In this document: piece by piece, positions 27,793-38,372 of the stretch | Layout: every line of letters begins with the position of its first letter | Numbering within the stretch: the first letter of the stretch is position 1 | Assembly: GCA_017467585.1 (NCBI GenBank) | Contig: JAFUSR010000004.1 | Location: forward strand, 434,178 to 498,177 | DNA length: 64,000 nucleotides | Direction of reading: 5' to 3' | Source of the DNA: Clostridia bacterium | GTDB lineage: Bacteria; Bacillota; Clostridia; Christensenellales; UBA1242 | The notes under the pieces: model-generated | Database searches by the model: none | What the model was told of the DNA's origin: nothing | What the model saw: only the letters and a program-made list of their open reading frames with translations | Made by a program: the position numbers and the translations under genes

Positions 27793-29301
27793 ATGAAAAC
27801 AGCAGTAATATATGCTAGATATTCCAGTACAAACCAAACTGAACAAAGTATTGAAGGTCAAGTGCATGTATGTCAAGACTTTGCGAAACGCAACAACATC
27901 ATCATAGTTGATTCATATATCGACCGAGCAATAAGTGGAACAACAGATGAAAGAGATTCATTCCAAAGAATGTTAAAAGATAGCAACAACAAAAAATGGA
28001 ATTATGTTTTGGTGTATAAGTTAGACAGATTTGCTAGAAGCAAATATGAAGCTGCAATACACAGAAAACACTTAAAAGACAATGGAATTAAATTATTGTC
28101 TGCTATGGAAAACATCCCAGAAACACCTGAAGGAGTTTTGCTTGAATCACTCTTAGAAGGAATGAACCAATACTTTAGCGAAGAACTTGCACAAAAAGTA
28201 AGTCGTGGACTACACGAATCAAGAATGAAAGGACATGTTATAGGAGATGTATCTTTCGGCTATATAAAGGAGAATAAAATGTTAAAGATAAACGAAGGAG
28301 AAGCAATAATCTTAAAAAGAATATTTGAAGATTATGCAAGTGGAAAAACAATATTGCAAATTTCAAGAGATTTTGAAAAAGAAAATATAACAAGAAATGG
28401 ACACAAGTTTATACCACAAACAATAAGAGATATGCTTAAAAGAAAACTATATACTGGCGAATATTCAGTTAATGGCAAAGTATATGACAAAATCTACCCA
28501 CAAATAATAACCAAAGAACTATTTGAAAAAGTGCAAAAAAGAATGGACTTAACAAGATATGGTTGCAGAAAAGATAATCATGAAATATTTAGAATTAAAG
28601 ATAAATTATATTGTGGACATTGTAATAGAAAAATGTATCCATTTTCAACAAAATCTAGAAATGGAAACTATCTAAGATATTACAAATGTATTTCAACAAA
28701 GAAAGATGATAACTGCTTAACTAGAATAATTGAAAAGAACTTTATAGAAGGTGTTGTAGATAAATTCTTTAAACAACAATTCACTATACAAAAGAATCTA
28801 GATACAATAACCGATTTAATCTATGAAGAAAACAAGAAACGAACAAAGAACAATAATTCACTTATAAGCATTAAATCTGACTTGCAAAGAGTAAATACAG
28901 CCATTTCAAATATAATGTCTGCAATAGAAAAAGGAATAATCACTGAAACAACAAAATCTAGATTAGAAGAACTTGAATTAAAAAGAAAAGATTTAAGCGA
29001 AAAATTGATAATTGAAGAATCTAAAGTTAGCTATGAATTAACAAAAGATAATATACAGAATTTCTTTAAACTAACAATGAAAGAATGTCCTGACAAAGCA
29101 ATAGATTTATTTCTAAAGTTTGTTAAAGTATATGAAGATAAAATAGAAATTGGACTTAATTATTCAATAAACCAAAGCAATACTGAATATGTGCCAATTA
29201 AAAGTTATGCATTTACTGAAACACTTGAAATAACTAGAACTTTCAAAGGTGGAACAACTAGAACAAAAACTTTAACTTATGATGTCTATTCAGTAGTCTA
29301 G
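27793..29301 (+). CDS. Large serine recombinase (integrase)
   Basis: 502 aa. Resolvase-type N-terminus AVIYARYSSTNQ..SIEGQ, recombinase domain, Zn-ribbon CGHCNRK..YYKC, coiled-coil tail. Confidence 0.85.
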   Translation: MKTAVIYARYSSTNQTEQSIEGQVHVCQDFAKRNNIIIVDSYIDRAISGTTDERDSFQRMLKDSNNKKWNYVLVYKLDRFARSKYEAAIHRKHLKDNGIKLLSAMENIPETPEGVLLESLLEGMNQYFSEELAQKVSRGLHESRMKGHVIGDVSFGYIKENKMLKINEGEAIILKRIFEDYASGKTILQISRDFEKENITRNGHKFIPQTIRDMLKRKLYTGEYSVNGKVYDKIYPQIITKELFEKVQKRMDLTRYGCRKDNHEIFRIKDKLYCGHCNRKMYPFSTKSRNGNYLRYYKCISTKKDDNCLTRIIEKNFIEGVVDKFFKQQFTIQKNLDTITDLIYEENKKRTKNNNSLISIKSDLQRVNTAISNIMSAIEKGIITETTKSRLEELELKRKDLSEKLIIEESKVSYELTKDNIQNFFKLTMKECPDKAIDLFLKFVKVYEDKIEIGLNYSINQSNTEYVPIKSYAFTETLEITRTFKGGTTRTKTLTYDVYSVV

Positions 29302-29312
29302 ACAAAGAAAAA

Positions 29313-29345
29313 AGAGCATATTCAAATATATGCTCTTTATCTTTT
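29313..29345 (+). terminator. Intrinsic terminator after the recombinase gene
   Basis: AGAGCATA-N8-TATGCTCT then TTATCTTTT. Confidence 0.6.
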
Positions 29346-29473
29346 AGTCTAAAAACTGCAAGTTTCAATTTTCTATGACTAAAAGCCAGTTTTTTTGTTT
29401 GCAAAAATAAATCAGCATTATTATAATTATTCAAATAAATAGTAATTTATAGAAAAAATGTTCGACAAATTTG

Positions 29474-29502
29474 TTGCAAGGTGCTTTTTGCTGTGATAAA
29501 AT
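29474..29502 (+). promoter_or_regulatory. SigA-type promoter of comM (TTGCAA-17-TAAAAT)
   Basis: TTGCAA 29474-29479, 17-nt spacer, TAAAAT 29497-29502. Confidence 0.5.
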
Positions 29503-29519
29503 GAAATCACAAGGAGAAA

Positions 29520-31043
29520 ATGACTATGCTTGCAAAAATAAATAGTTATGGTCTTGCTGGACTTTCTGGCTACAAAATTGATGTTGAGGTAGACATAAAC
29601 TTGGGGCTTCCGGGTTACGACGTGGTTGGCCTTCCAGACGCAGCCGTAAAGGAGAGCAAAGAGAGGGTTCACTCAGCAATCAAAAATAGTCTGTTAACTT
29701 TTCCTAAACACAAAATAACAGTTAACCTTGCACCTGCCAACACAAAAAAAGAGGGGCCAAGTTTTGACCTTGCAATTGCTGTTAGCATTTTGGTTGCAAG
29801 CGAACAGGTTAAGCAAAAAGCGGCGAGCGAATATGTGATGCTTGGAGAACTTGGACTAGATGGCAAAATAAAATCAGTCAGGGGAATTTTGCCACTGCTT
29901 ATTTCAGCAAGAGAAAAAGGCTACACAAAGTTTATAATTCCGGCAGAAAACCGCCCAGAGGCCAGCTACATAACTGGCGTAACGGTTTATGCAATGGAAA
30001 ATCTTTCAGATGTTGTGTCGCTACTCAACGGAACCAAAACGTTTGAAGCTGTCAAAAACAGAACATGGCACATAGACAACACCTATGCTGCAGAAGATTT
30101 TTCAAGGGTTAAGGGTCAACACGCCGTAAAAAGAGCAATGGAAATTGCAGTCAGTGGTGGCCACAATATTTTGCTTTCTGGACCTCCAGGAGCAGGAAAG
30201 ACCATGCTTGCAAGATGTGTTCCAGGAATTTTGCCAGACCTCACTTTTGAAGAGGCTCTAGAAATAACCAAAATTCACAGCATTGCAGGAGTGCTTGATC
30301 CCGACAAAGGTGTGGTAACCTCAAGACCATTTAGAGCTCCACATCACACGGCGACAAACGTTTCGCTCATTGGTGGCGGCAGAGATTCAAAGCCGGGCGA
30401 AGTCAGCTTGGCGCACAATGGTGTTTTGTTTTTAGACGAAATGCCAGAATATAGCAGAAGCTGTGTAGAAGCCCTTCGCCAGCCACTAGAAGATGGTGTG
30501 GTCACTGTTGCGAGAGCTTCAGCCACTTATGAATATCCAGCAAACTTTATTTTGGTTGCCAGCATGAACCCATGTCCATGCGGAAACTATGGCAGCAAAG
30601 ATTTGACTTGCACATGTTCAATGAGTCAAATAAACAAATATCTTAAAAAGATTTCAGGGCCGATTCTAGATAGAATCGACATTAAAGTAGATGTCGACAG
30701 AGTTGCCTTTTTAGACTTAACTCAAGAGTCTAACGAAGAATCTAGCAGCGAAGTTAAAAAAAGAGTTGACAAGGCTCGCGAAATTCAGCGCAAAAGATTT
30801 GAGGGAACACATGTTTATTGCAACGCAAAAATGACAAGCAAACAAGTTAAAGAATTTTGCAAACTAGACCAAACAAGCGAACAACTACTTAAGGTTGCTT
30901 TTGAAAGATTTAATATGTCAGCCCGTGGTTACACTCGAATTTTAAAAGTGGCAAGAACAATTGCAGACCTTGATGGTGAGCAAAATATTTTGCCAAAACA
31001 TATTGCTGAAGCAATAAATTATCGCACAACAGAGAAGAATTAA
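29520..31043 (+). CDS. comM: YifB/ComM family Mg-chelatase-like AAA+ ATPase
   Basis: 507 aa. Lon-like N-terminal domain, Walker A LSGPPGAGKTM, Walker B LFLDEMPE. Confidence 0.9.
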   Translation: MTMLAKINSYGLAGLSGYKIDVEVDINLGLPGYDVVGLPDAAVKESKERVHSAIKNSLLTFPKHKITVNLAPANTKKEGPSFDLAIAVSILVASEQVKQKAASEYVMLGELGLDGKIKSVRGILPLLISAREKGYTKFIIPAENRPEASYITGVTVYAMENLSDVVSLLNGTKTFEAVKNRTWHIDNTYAAEDFSRVKGQHAVKRAMEIAVSGGHNILLSGPPGAGKTMLARCVPGILPDLTFEEALEITKIHSIAGVLDPDKGVVTSRPFRAPHHTATNVSLIGGGRDSKPGEVSLAHNGVLFLDEMPEYSRSCVEALRQPLEDGVVTVARASATYEYPANFILVASMNPCPCGNYGSKDLTCTCSMSQINKYLKKISGPILDRIDIKVDVDRVAFLDLTQESNEESSSEVKKRVDKAREIQRKRFEGTHVYCNAKMTSKQVKEFCKLDQTSEQLLKVAFERFNMSARGYTRILKVARTIADLDGEQNILPKHIAEAINYRTTEKN

Positions 31044-31113
31044 AAAACGCAAATGGAATTAGAATTTTTTAAAAAACAACGCAAATTCTGTTCAAAAGTG
31101 AGAAAAATAAGAC

Positions 31114-32196
31114 ATGTATAATAAAAATGAATTAGCAATTTTATATCTCGATAAACTCGAATTATCTTACAAAAAGTTTGGAGAACTTTTGTCAAGTCTT
31201 GAGTCTGCTTCAGAAATTTTTGAAAAGAAAGGGCAAGACAAACTTTCACTTTTTGCAAAGCCGAGTGCGGTTGAATTTTTAACTCGTCACTCATATGAAC
31301 AGATTGAAGAATATGTAACAAAAGACTTAGAAAAATTTAACATTTTTGCTGTGACCATTTGCAGCAGTGCATATCCTGAAATTCTCAAGAACATTTCAGA
31401 CCCACCATATGTTCTCTACACAATTGGAGACATTTCACTTTTGTCACGTCAAAAAATAGGGGTGGTAGGAACGCGCAAAATCACAACCTATGGCAGAGAC
31501 GTTGCAAACAAGTTCACTCGAGAGCTCTCCCAGGCTGGGCTAGTCACCGTAAGTGGCTTGTCTTACGGCGTTGACACTTGTTGCGCAAAATCCACACTCG
31601 AAGCAGGTGGAAAAACAATTGCAGTTTTAGCTGGTGGCTTAGACAATATTTATCCTGCAGACAATCTGGCCTTATCTCAAAAAATCGCAAAAACAGGACT
31701 CTTAGTTAGCGAATATAGGCCATTTGTGCGCCCAAAGCAATATAGTTTTCTTGCGCGCAACCGAATTATCAGCGGTTTAAGTGATGGGGTTTTGGTTGTT
31801 GAGGCGGGTCGTCATAGTGGCGCAACAAGCACTGCTAATTTTGCAATAGAACAGGGCAGGGAACTGTTTGTAGTTCCAGGAAACATCAACAGCCCACAGA
31901 GCGAGGGAACTAACGACCTGATCAACGAAATGCCAGATTGTTTTACAATTTCAACTTCACAAATTTTAACAAGGCTTGGTGTTCAAACACAAACTGATCA
32001 AAAGACCAAAACTGTTCAACTAGACTTTTTCAGTCAGCAAATTGTAGATTATCTCAAAAATGGCGAAGCTCATTTTGATTCAATTTGTGCTGCGCTTGCA
32101 GTAAATGCTTCTGAGTTGTCTAGCGCACTAACCATGCTCGAAATCATGGGTGTTGTCAACAAAAATGCCGGCAACTATTATTCGCTGGCAATGTGA
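31114..32196 (+). CDS. dprA: DNA-processing protein DprA
   Basis: GVVGTRKITTYG, SGLSYGVDT, ARNRIISGLS, C-terminal winged-helix-like tail. Confidence 0.9.
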   Translation: MYNKNELAILYLDKLELSYKKFGELLSSLESASEIFEKKGQDKLSLFAKPSAVEFLTRHSYEQIEEYVTKDLEKFNIFAVTICSSAYPEILKNISDPPYVLYTIGDISLLSRQKIGVVGTRKITTYGRDVANKFTRELSQAGLVTVSGLSYGVDTCCAKSTLEAGGKTIAVLAGGLDNIYPADNLALSQKIAKTGLLVSEYRPFVRPKQYSFLARNRIISGLSDGVLVVEAGRHSGATSTANFAIEQGRELFVVPGNINSPQSEGTNDLINEMPDCFTISTSQILTRLGVQTQTDQKTKTVQLDFFSQQIVDYLKNGEAHFDSICAALAVNASELSSALTMLEIMGVVNKNAGNYYSLAM

Positions 32197-32204
32197 GAGA
32201 AAAA

Positions 32205-32930
32205 ATGAAACCAAAATTTTCAAAAACAGTCAATGCAATGCTTTATTCTTCGTTTGCAAGAATGCTGCCGAGCGTCAACCAAATTTCAAAGCATTATAAT
32301 ATAGACACTCAAAATGCAAAAGTTTTGTTTGTTCCTTTTGCTGACGAAGAAAACAAATATTACATTGCGCTATGCAAACAGGCACTGTGCCTTGCTGGAA
32401 TTCAAAAGTCAAACATAAACACACTTTCTAGCCACACACATAAAAATGGAAAGTTTGATATAATATTTGTTAGCGGCGGAAATGTTTGCAGACTAAAAGA
32501 CAAACTTGAACAAATAGACTGGTTCGAAGAAATAAAATCTCGAGTGATTTCAGGAACTCTTTATATCGGCGATAGCGCCGGAGCAGTCTTGCTCGGAAAA
32601 ACCATAGAGCACACTCTCGAATATGAACCATATTCAAAAGAGCTCAGCTCTTATGATGGCCTATCTATAATAGATAAAGGGGTTGTTGTTCATTTTTCAA
32701 AAGTGAGGTTCTCTGGCGAAAAGAAAAGAGTGATTAAAGTCAAAGACTGTTATCTTGCCCATGTTCGCCAAACAAAATTTTTGGGCAAAAATAATTTTAT
32801 TACAGTCAAAAACAATCAAGCAATATTGCTAAAAAATGGCAAGTTAAAAAATATATTTTTTAGCTATGGCAAAATCAAAAAAAGTGTTCTTGCTGAGAGT
32901 TCAAAATATCACAAAAAGGACACAAAATAA
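32205..32930 (+). CDS. Peptidase S51 (dipeptidase E-like) family protein
   Basis: FVSGGNVCRL and IGDSAGAVLLG motifs. The start is uncertain: ATG 32205, or GTG 32193 overlapping the dprA stop. Confidence 0.5.
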   Translation: MKPKFSKTVNAMLYSSFARMLPSVNQISKHYNIDTQNAKVLFVPFADEENKYYIALCKQALCLAGIQKSNINTLSSHTHKNGKFDIIFVSGGNVCRLKDKLEQIDWFEEIKSRVISGTLYIGDSAGAVLLGKTIEHTLEYEPYSKELSSYDGLSIIDKGVVVHFSKVRFSGEKKRVIKVKDCYLAHVRQTKFLGKNNFITVKNNQAILLKNGKLKNIFFSYGKIKKSVLAESSKYHKKDTK

Positions 32931-33018
32931 TGTTTGACAATCGCAAAATGATTGTGTTACTATGAGCAAAGTCTAGATGAATTAGACACGAGTTAAAAAG
33001 AAAATTTTGGAGAGAATA

Positions 33019-35133
33019 ATGAAGACATTAGTTCTAATTGAAGGACCCGGCAAAAGAGAAAGCGTTCAGAAATATCTTGGCGATAACTACAAGGTTGTTC
33101 CAACATTTGGCCACATTCGCGACCTGCCAACAAAAGGGCTTGGCGTAAATGTGCTAAAAGATTTTGAGCCCGAATATGTTGTTGCTGGCGACAAGAAAAA
33201 AGTTGTTAAAAATCTTCAAGATGAATATAAAAAAGCCGATGGCGTTTTAATTGCCACCGACCCAGACCGCGAGGGAGAAGCAATTGCATGGCATGTTTGC
33301 GAAGTTCTCGGAATCGACAAAAACAGCAACTGCCGAATAACATATAACCAAATTGAAAAAAACACCGTTCAAGAAGCGGCAAAACATCCAAGACCAATCG
33401 ACCAAAAGCTTGTTGATGCTCAGCAGGCAAGAAGAGTTCTTGATCGTTTGGTGGGTTACAAAATAAGCCCAATTCTTTGCAAAAAAATTCAAGCCAACAT
33501 GAGTGCTGGCAGAGTTCAAAGTGTAACACTTAAGCTTGTTGTAGACCGCGACAGAGAAATTGAAAATTTTAAGCCAGAAGAATATTGGGCGCTTGTTGCC
33601 AAACTCACAAAAGAGGGCAAAAAAGAGGTTATCAAAGCCAGTTTCGTTGATGGCAAAGACAAAAAAATTAAAACCAAAGAGCAGATGGACAAAATAATAG
33701 AAAAGTTGTCTGCAGGAAAGTTCTTTGCAAAAAGCGTTAAAAGAGAAATAAAGTTTTCTCATCCAAGCGCACCATTCACCACAAGCACAATGCAAAAAGA
33801 GGCTGGAAACAAACTTGGCATGAGCTTAAAAGTTATTTCAGCAACAGCTCAAACTCTTTACGAAGGTGCACCACTTACCACTGGTGGAAAGCAAGCGCTC
33901 GTAACATACATCAGAACAGACTCAACTCGTGTTAGCCCAGAAGCTCAAAAAATGGCAAGGGACTTTATCACTGAAAAATATGGTGACAAATATTTGCCAA
34001 AAGTTAACAGAGTTTACAAAAACAAAAAAGATGCTCAAGATGCGCACGAAGCAATTCGTCCAATCAGTTTGGCAAACACTCCAGAAAAAATGCAGTCGCT
34101 TCTTGGAAAAAATGAATATAAGCTATATAAATTGATATACGACAGATTTTTGGCTAGCCAAATGGCAGATGCTGCTTATGATAGTCTCTCTGTTGACATT
34201 GAAAACTCTGGTTATAAGTTCAAAACAACAGGCAGAGTTCAAACCTTTGATGGCTACACCCTGTTATATAACAACGCCACCGAAGAAGATGATGAAGACA
34301 CTTCGGCCAAACTTCCAGACATTGCAGAGGGCGACGAATTAAAACAAAAAGAGCTTATTCCAGAGCAGAAGTTCACAAAAGCACCACCAAGATACACCGA
34401 ATCAAGTCTTGTTGACGCAATGGAGAGCAAGGGCATTGGCAGACCAGCGACTTACACTCAAACGGTCAGTGTTCTCTATGCAAGAAATTATATCGAAAAA
34501 GAAAAGGGCAAGGCCATAAAGTCAACCGAACTTGGCAGAGTTGCCGTTGACTATTTGGTTAAACACTTCGAAAACATAATGGATATTGGCTTTACTGCCG
34601 ACATGGAAAATAAACTCGACGACATTGAATATGAGGGCAAAAATTGGCAAAGTGTTGTCTCTGAGTTCTATGGTCCGTTCGAACAAGAAATCAAAGCGGC
34701 GCTCCGAAGTGGCGACAACGCAAAAATTCCCGACGAAGTCAGTGATGTCAAGTGCGACAAGTGCGGAAGCATGATGGTTATTCGAACTGGCAAATTCGGA
34801 AAGTTCCTTGCTTGTCCAAACTATCCAAAGTGCAAAAACACAAAGCCTCTCGAAGACGACAGACCAGTTGTTGCAAAGTGCCCAAAATGTGGCAAAAACG
34901 TTCGCAGACTCAAAAACAAAAAAGGCAAATACTTTTATGGTTGCGAGGGCTACCCAGATTGCGACTATGTTAGTTGGGATATTCCAGCAAACGAAAATTG
35001 CCCAAATTGCAACACACCAATGATAGTTAAACTCTATCAAAAGACAAAGGTTATCAGTTGCCCAAAGTGTGGCTTTAACAACAAAGTAACAATAAAATCA
35101 GAAACAGAAGAAAATGAAAACACAAACAGTTAA
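33019..35133 (+). CDS. topA: DNA topoisomerase I
   Basis: TOPRIM (LVLIEGPGK, ATDPDREGEAIAWH), active-site region TYIRTDS, three C-terminal Zn ribbons. ATG 33019 after GGAGAG. Confidence 0.95.
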   Translation: MKTLVLIEGPGKRESVQKYLGDNYKVVPTFGHIRDLPTKGLGVNVLKDFEPEYVVAGDKKKVVKNLQDEYKKADGVLIATDPDREGEAIAWHVCEVLGIDKNSNCRITYNQIEKNTVQEAAKHPRPIDQKLVDAQQARRVLDRLVGYKISPILCKKIQANMSAGRVQSVTLKLVVDRDREIENFKPEEYWALVAKLTKEGKKEVIKASFVDGKDKKIKTKEQMDKIIEKLSAGKFFAKSVKREIKFSHPSAPFTTSTMQKEAGNKLGMSLKVISATAQTLYEGAPLTTGGKQALVTYIRTDSTRVSPEAQKMARDFITEKYGDKYLPKVNRVYKNKKDAQDAHEAIRPISLANTPEKMQSLLGKNEYKLYKLIYDRFLASQMADAAYDSLSVDIENSGYKFKTTGRVQTFDGYTLLYNNATEEDDEDTSAKLPDIAEGDELKQKELIPEQKFTKAPPRYTESSLVDAMESKGIGRPATYTQTVSVLYARNYIEKEKGKAIKSTELGRVAVDYLVKHFENIMDIGFTADMENKLDDIEYEGKNWQSVVSEFYGPFEQEIKAALRSGDNAKIPDEVSDVKCDKCGSMMVIRTGKFGKFLACPNYPKCKNTKPLEDDRPVVAKCPKCGKNVRRLKNKKGKYFYGCEGYPDCDYVSWDIPANENCPNCNTPMIVKLYQKTKVISCPKCGFNNKVTIKSETEENENTNS

Positions 35134-36415
35134 TATAATAGGAGGTGGTCTTGCAGGTTGCGAGGCCACTTATCAGTTGGCAAAGCGTGGCATAAAAGTT
35201 AAACTTTTTGAACAAAAGCCACTGGTTTTTTCTCCTGCACATACGAGCAAAAATTTGGCAGAAATTGTTTGTAGCAATTCGCTTAAAAGCACAGACCTTT
35301 CTTCGGCTTCAGGAATGCTCAAAGCAGAACTAGAACTTTTAGATTGCAAGTTGCTTCAAATTGCAAAGGAGTGCAGTGTTCCGGCCGGCAGTGCGCTTGC
35401 TGTCGACAGAGAATTGTTTAGCCAAAAGGTAACAAATTTTATTAAATCGCTTTTTGGTGTTGAAATAATAAATCAAGAGGTTACAAAAATAGATACAAGC
35501 CTTCCAACAATCATAGCAACGGGGCCACTAACTTCTGGCAAACTGTTTGAAGAAATAGGAGAGTTGCTTGGCGATGAGAGGTTATATTTTTACGATGCCT
35601 CTGCGCCAATTGTCGATGGCGACACAATAAACATGGAAAAAACTTTTTCTGCCGGCAGATATAACAAAGGCGATAGCGACTACATAAATTGCCCAATGAA
35701 CAAAGAAGAATATTATAACTTTGTTCACGAATTGGTGGCGGCAAAAAGAGTTGAACTTCATGAGTTCGAAAATGTTCAGGTTTTTGAGGGCTGCATGCCA
35801 ATTGAAATAATGGCTAGTCGCGGAGAAGACACTCTCAGATTTGGCCCATTAAAACCAGTTGGACTCGTTGACGAAAATGGCAAGAGACCGTTTGCCGTTG
35901 TTCAACTCAGACGAGAAAACACAGAGGGCAAAACTTACAATCTTGTTGGCTTTCAAACAAATCTTGTTTATGGCGAGCAAAAAAGGGTTTTCTCGCTTAT
36001 TCCGGCTCTCAAAGATGCGGAGTTTATAAAATATGGTGTCATGCACCGCAATTCATATATTTGCGCTCCAGCGCACCTAACTCAAAACTTTTATCTAAAG
36101 AAACACCCAAACATTTATTTTGCTGGCCAAATAAGCGGAGTAGAAGGTTACGTAGAGAGCATAACCAGTGGGTTGGTTGCGGCAATATCAATGTTTAACA
36201 TGCTCAGCGAAAAGCCTCAAATAGATTGGCCACAAGAGAGCATGATTGGCTCGCTTTCAAAATATTTGGTTACGGCAGACGAAAAGAACTTTCAACCAAT
36301 GAACGCCAACTTTGGAATTTTGCCACCGCTCGAAACTCAAATAAGAGACAAAAAAGAGCGCAAACTTGCATATTCTAAGCGTGGAATTGAATCGATAAAA
36401 CAAATTTTAAATTAG
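35114..36415 (+). CDS. trmFO: Methylenetetrahydrofolate-tRNA-(uracil54-C5)-methyltransferase TrmFO
   Basis: IIGGGLAGCEA FAD motif. Position after topA as in Bacillus. Confidence 0.9.
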   Translation: MKTQTVNIIGGGLAGCEATYQLAKRGIKVKLFEQKPLVFSPAHTSKNLAEIVCSNSLKSTDLSSASGMLKAELELLDCKLLQIAKECSVPAGSALAVDRELFSQKVTNFIKSLFGVEIINQEVTKIDTSLPTIIATGPLTSGKLFEEIGELLGDERLYFYDASAPIVDGDTINMEKTFSAGRYNKGDSDYINCPMNKEEYYNFVHELVAAKRVELHEFENVQVFEGCMPIEIMASRGEDTLRFGPLKPVGLVDENGKRPFAVVQLRRENTEGKTYNLVGFQTNLVYGEQKRVFSLIPALKDAEFIKYGVMHRNSYICAPAHLTQNFYLKKHPNIYFAGQISGVEGYVESITSGLVAAISMFNMLSEKPQIDWPQESMIGSLSKYLVTADEKNFQPMNANFGILPPLETQIRDKKERKLAYSKRGIESIKQILN

Positions 36416-36511
36416 TTGTCAAAAATCATAGACAAACAAGAGAGCGTTTGTTATAATAAAATCAGATTTGACTATTTTTGACCTTCAATGGCTAAAATAA
36501 AGGAGAGACAT

Positions 36512-37048
36512 ATGAATCAATTAAAAGGAACAACCATCATAGGTGTTCAGCGCAACGGACAAATTGTCATTGTTGGCGATGGACAAGTTACCATGGGCGA
36601 GAGTGTTGTGTTTAAGGGCACAGCAAAAAAGGTTCGCAGAATTTATAACGGACAAGTTGTAACAGGTTTTGCAGGGGGCACAGCCGATGCTTTTACCCTT
36701 TGTGAAAAGTTTGAAGGCATGCTTCAAAAACACTCCGGAAACTTAATGCGTGCAGCAGTTGAACTTGCTCAACTTTGGCGCAGAGATAATGCGCTTCGTC
36801 AACTCGAGGCAATGATGATAGTTGCCGACAAAGAGAACATGCTAATAATTTCTGGCGTTGGCGACGTGTTTGAGCCAGAAGACGGAATTTGTGCGATTGG
36901 CAGTGGTGGAAACTATGCGCTTGCAGCCGCTCGTGCACTAAAAGCAAACACAGATTTGTCTGCAAGAGAAATTGCAGAAAAATCTCTTAAAATTGCAAGT
37001 GACATTTGCGTTTACACAAACGGAAATCTCACAATTGAGGAGGTGTAG
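36512..37048 (+). CDS. hslV: ATP-dependent protease subunit HslV
   Basis: ATG 36512 after AGGAGAG. GTTIIGV with N-terminal Thr. [14 protein letters not shown]. Confidence 0.9.
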   Translation: MNQLKGTTIIGVQRNGQIVIVGDGQVTMGESVVFKGTAKKVRRIYNGQVVTGFAGGTADAFTLCEKFEGMLQKHSGNLMRAAVELAQLWRRDNALRQLEAMMIVADKENMLIISGVGDVFEPEDGICAIGSGGNYALAAARALKANTDLSAREIAEKSLKIASDICVYTNGNLTIEEV

Positions 37049-37051
37049 AAA

Positions 37052-38362
37052 ATGGAATACACACCAAAACACATAGTAGCTGAACTAGATAAAAACATAA
37101 TTGGACAGTCTCAAGCAAAGAGAGCTGTTGCAATTGCGCTTCGCAATCGCTATCGCAGAAGCAAACTCTCTGAAGACTTGAGAGAAGAAATCTATCCGAA
37201 AAACATAATCATGAAGGGACCAACAGGTGTTGGTAAAACAGAAATTGCAAGAAGGCTTGCAAAACTCGTCAAGGCTCCTTTTATTAAGGTTGAAGCAACA
37301 AAGTTCACCGAGGTTGGTTATGTTGGAAGAGACGTAGAGAGCATGATAAGAGACTTGGTTGAGGCTAGCATCCGTTTGGTTAAGGCCGAAAAAAACAACG
37401 AAGTTAAATCACGTGCCGAAACAATTGCCTACACAAGAGTTGTCAATGTTCTTTATCCAACCTACAAAGACAAATATTTGCCAGAAACCGACGAACAAAA
37501 GGTTAAGTCAATGCTTCTATCTGATTTAACAGTTGGCAAGTTCGATAACGACGTAATTGAAATAGAAATAATCGAGAGCCCACAACCAATGCCAATGATG
37601 CCAGGAATGGAAATCAATCTTGGAGACATAATGGGCGGAATCATGCCAAAGAGAAGAAAGCGCAAACGTTTGCCAGTTGTTGATGCTCTTCGCATTTTCA
37701 CAGCAGAAGAGAGCGACAAACTTATCGACATGGACAGTGTTAATGCCGAGGCTCTTCGTCGTGCAGAACAAGATGGAATTATATTTATTGATGAAATAGA
37801 TAAAATCGCTGGCGAAACTTCGGGCAGAGGTGGTCCAGATGTTTCAAGAGAGGGTGTTCAAAGAGACATTTTGCCAATAGTAGAAGGCTCAACTGTCAGC
37901 ACAAAATATGGTCCAATCAAAACAGACTATATTCTCTTTATTGCAGCAGGAGCCTTTCACGTAAGCAAAATTGAAGACTTAATTCCAGAACTTCAAGGCA
38001 GATTCCCAATAACTGTGGAACTCGACAGTTTAACCAAAGAAGATTTTGTAAACATTCTGTCTAACACAGAAAATAGTTTGCCAATGCAATATGGGGCGCT
38101 TCTTGGCGTTGATAACATAAAACTAGATTTCACTGACGACGCCATTAACGAAATTGCAAATATTGCAGTAATGCAAAACGAAACAAACGAAAACATCGGT
38201 GCAAGACGCCTGCAAGCAATAATGGAACAACTTCTTGAAGATATCAGCTTTAATGCAACAGGAGATCATCCGTTAATTGAAGTTAAAATCGACAAGAAAT
38301 ATGTAGACGAACATCTCGACAAACTCATAAAAGAACACGACCTCAAAAAGTATATTCTTTAA
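37052..38362 (+). CDS. hslU: ATP-dependent protease ATPase subunit HslU
   Basis: Walker [16 protein letters not shown], Walker [11 protein letters not shown], sensor region [10 protein letters not shown]. Confidence 0.95.
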   Translation: MEYTPKHIVAELDKNIIGQSQAKRAVAIALRNRYRRSKLSEDLREEIYPKNIIMKGPTGVGKTEIARRLAKLVKAPFIKVEATKFTEVGYVGRDVESMIRDLVEASIRLVKAEKNNEVKSRAETIAYTRVVNVLYPTYKDKYLPETDEQKVKSMLLSDLTVGKFDNDVIEIEIIESPQPMPMMPGMEINLGDIMGGIMPKRRKRKRLPVVDALRIFTAEESDKLIDMDSVNAEALRRAEQDGIIFIDEIDKIAGETSGRGGPDVSREGVQRDILPIVEGSTVSTKYGPIKTDYILFIAAGAFHVSKIEDLIPELQGRFPITVELDSLTKEDFVNILSNTENSLPMQYGALLGVDNIKLDFTDDAINEIANIAVMQNETNENIGARRLQAIMEQLLEDISFNATGDHPLIEVKIDKKYVDEHLDKLIKEHDLKKYIL

Positions 38363-38372
38363 GGAAGCAAAA

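Larger units (their letters stand above)
25832..29414. mobile_element. Candidate small integrative element (structured end, HUH Rep, large serine recombinase); boundaries tentative
   Basis: Rep and recombinase genes, about 630 bp of non-coding DNA, visibly more A+T-rich than the flanks (not computed). 9-nt direct repeat AATAAATCA at 25823-25831 and 29406-29414. Confidence 0.45.
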
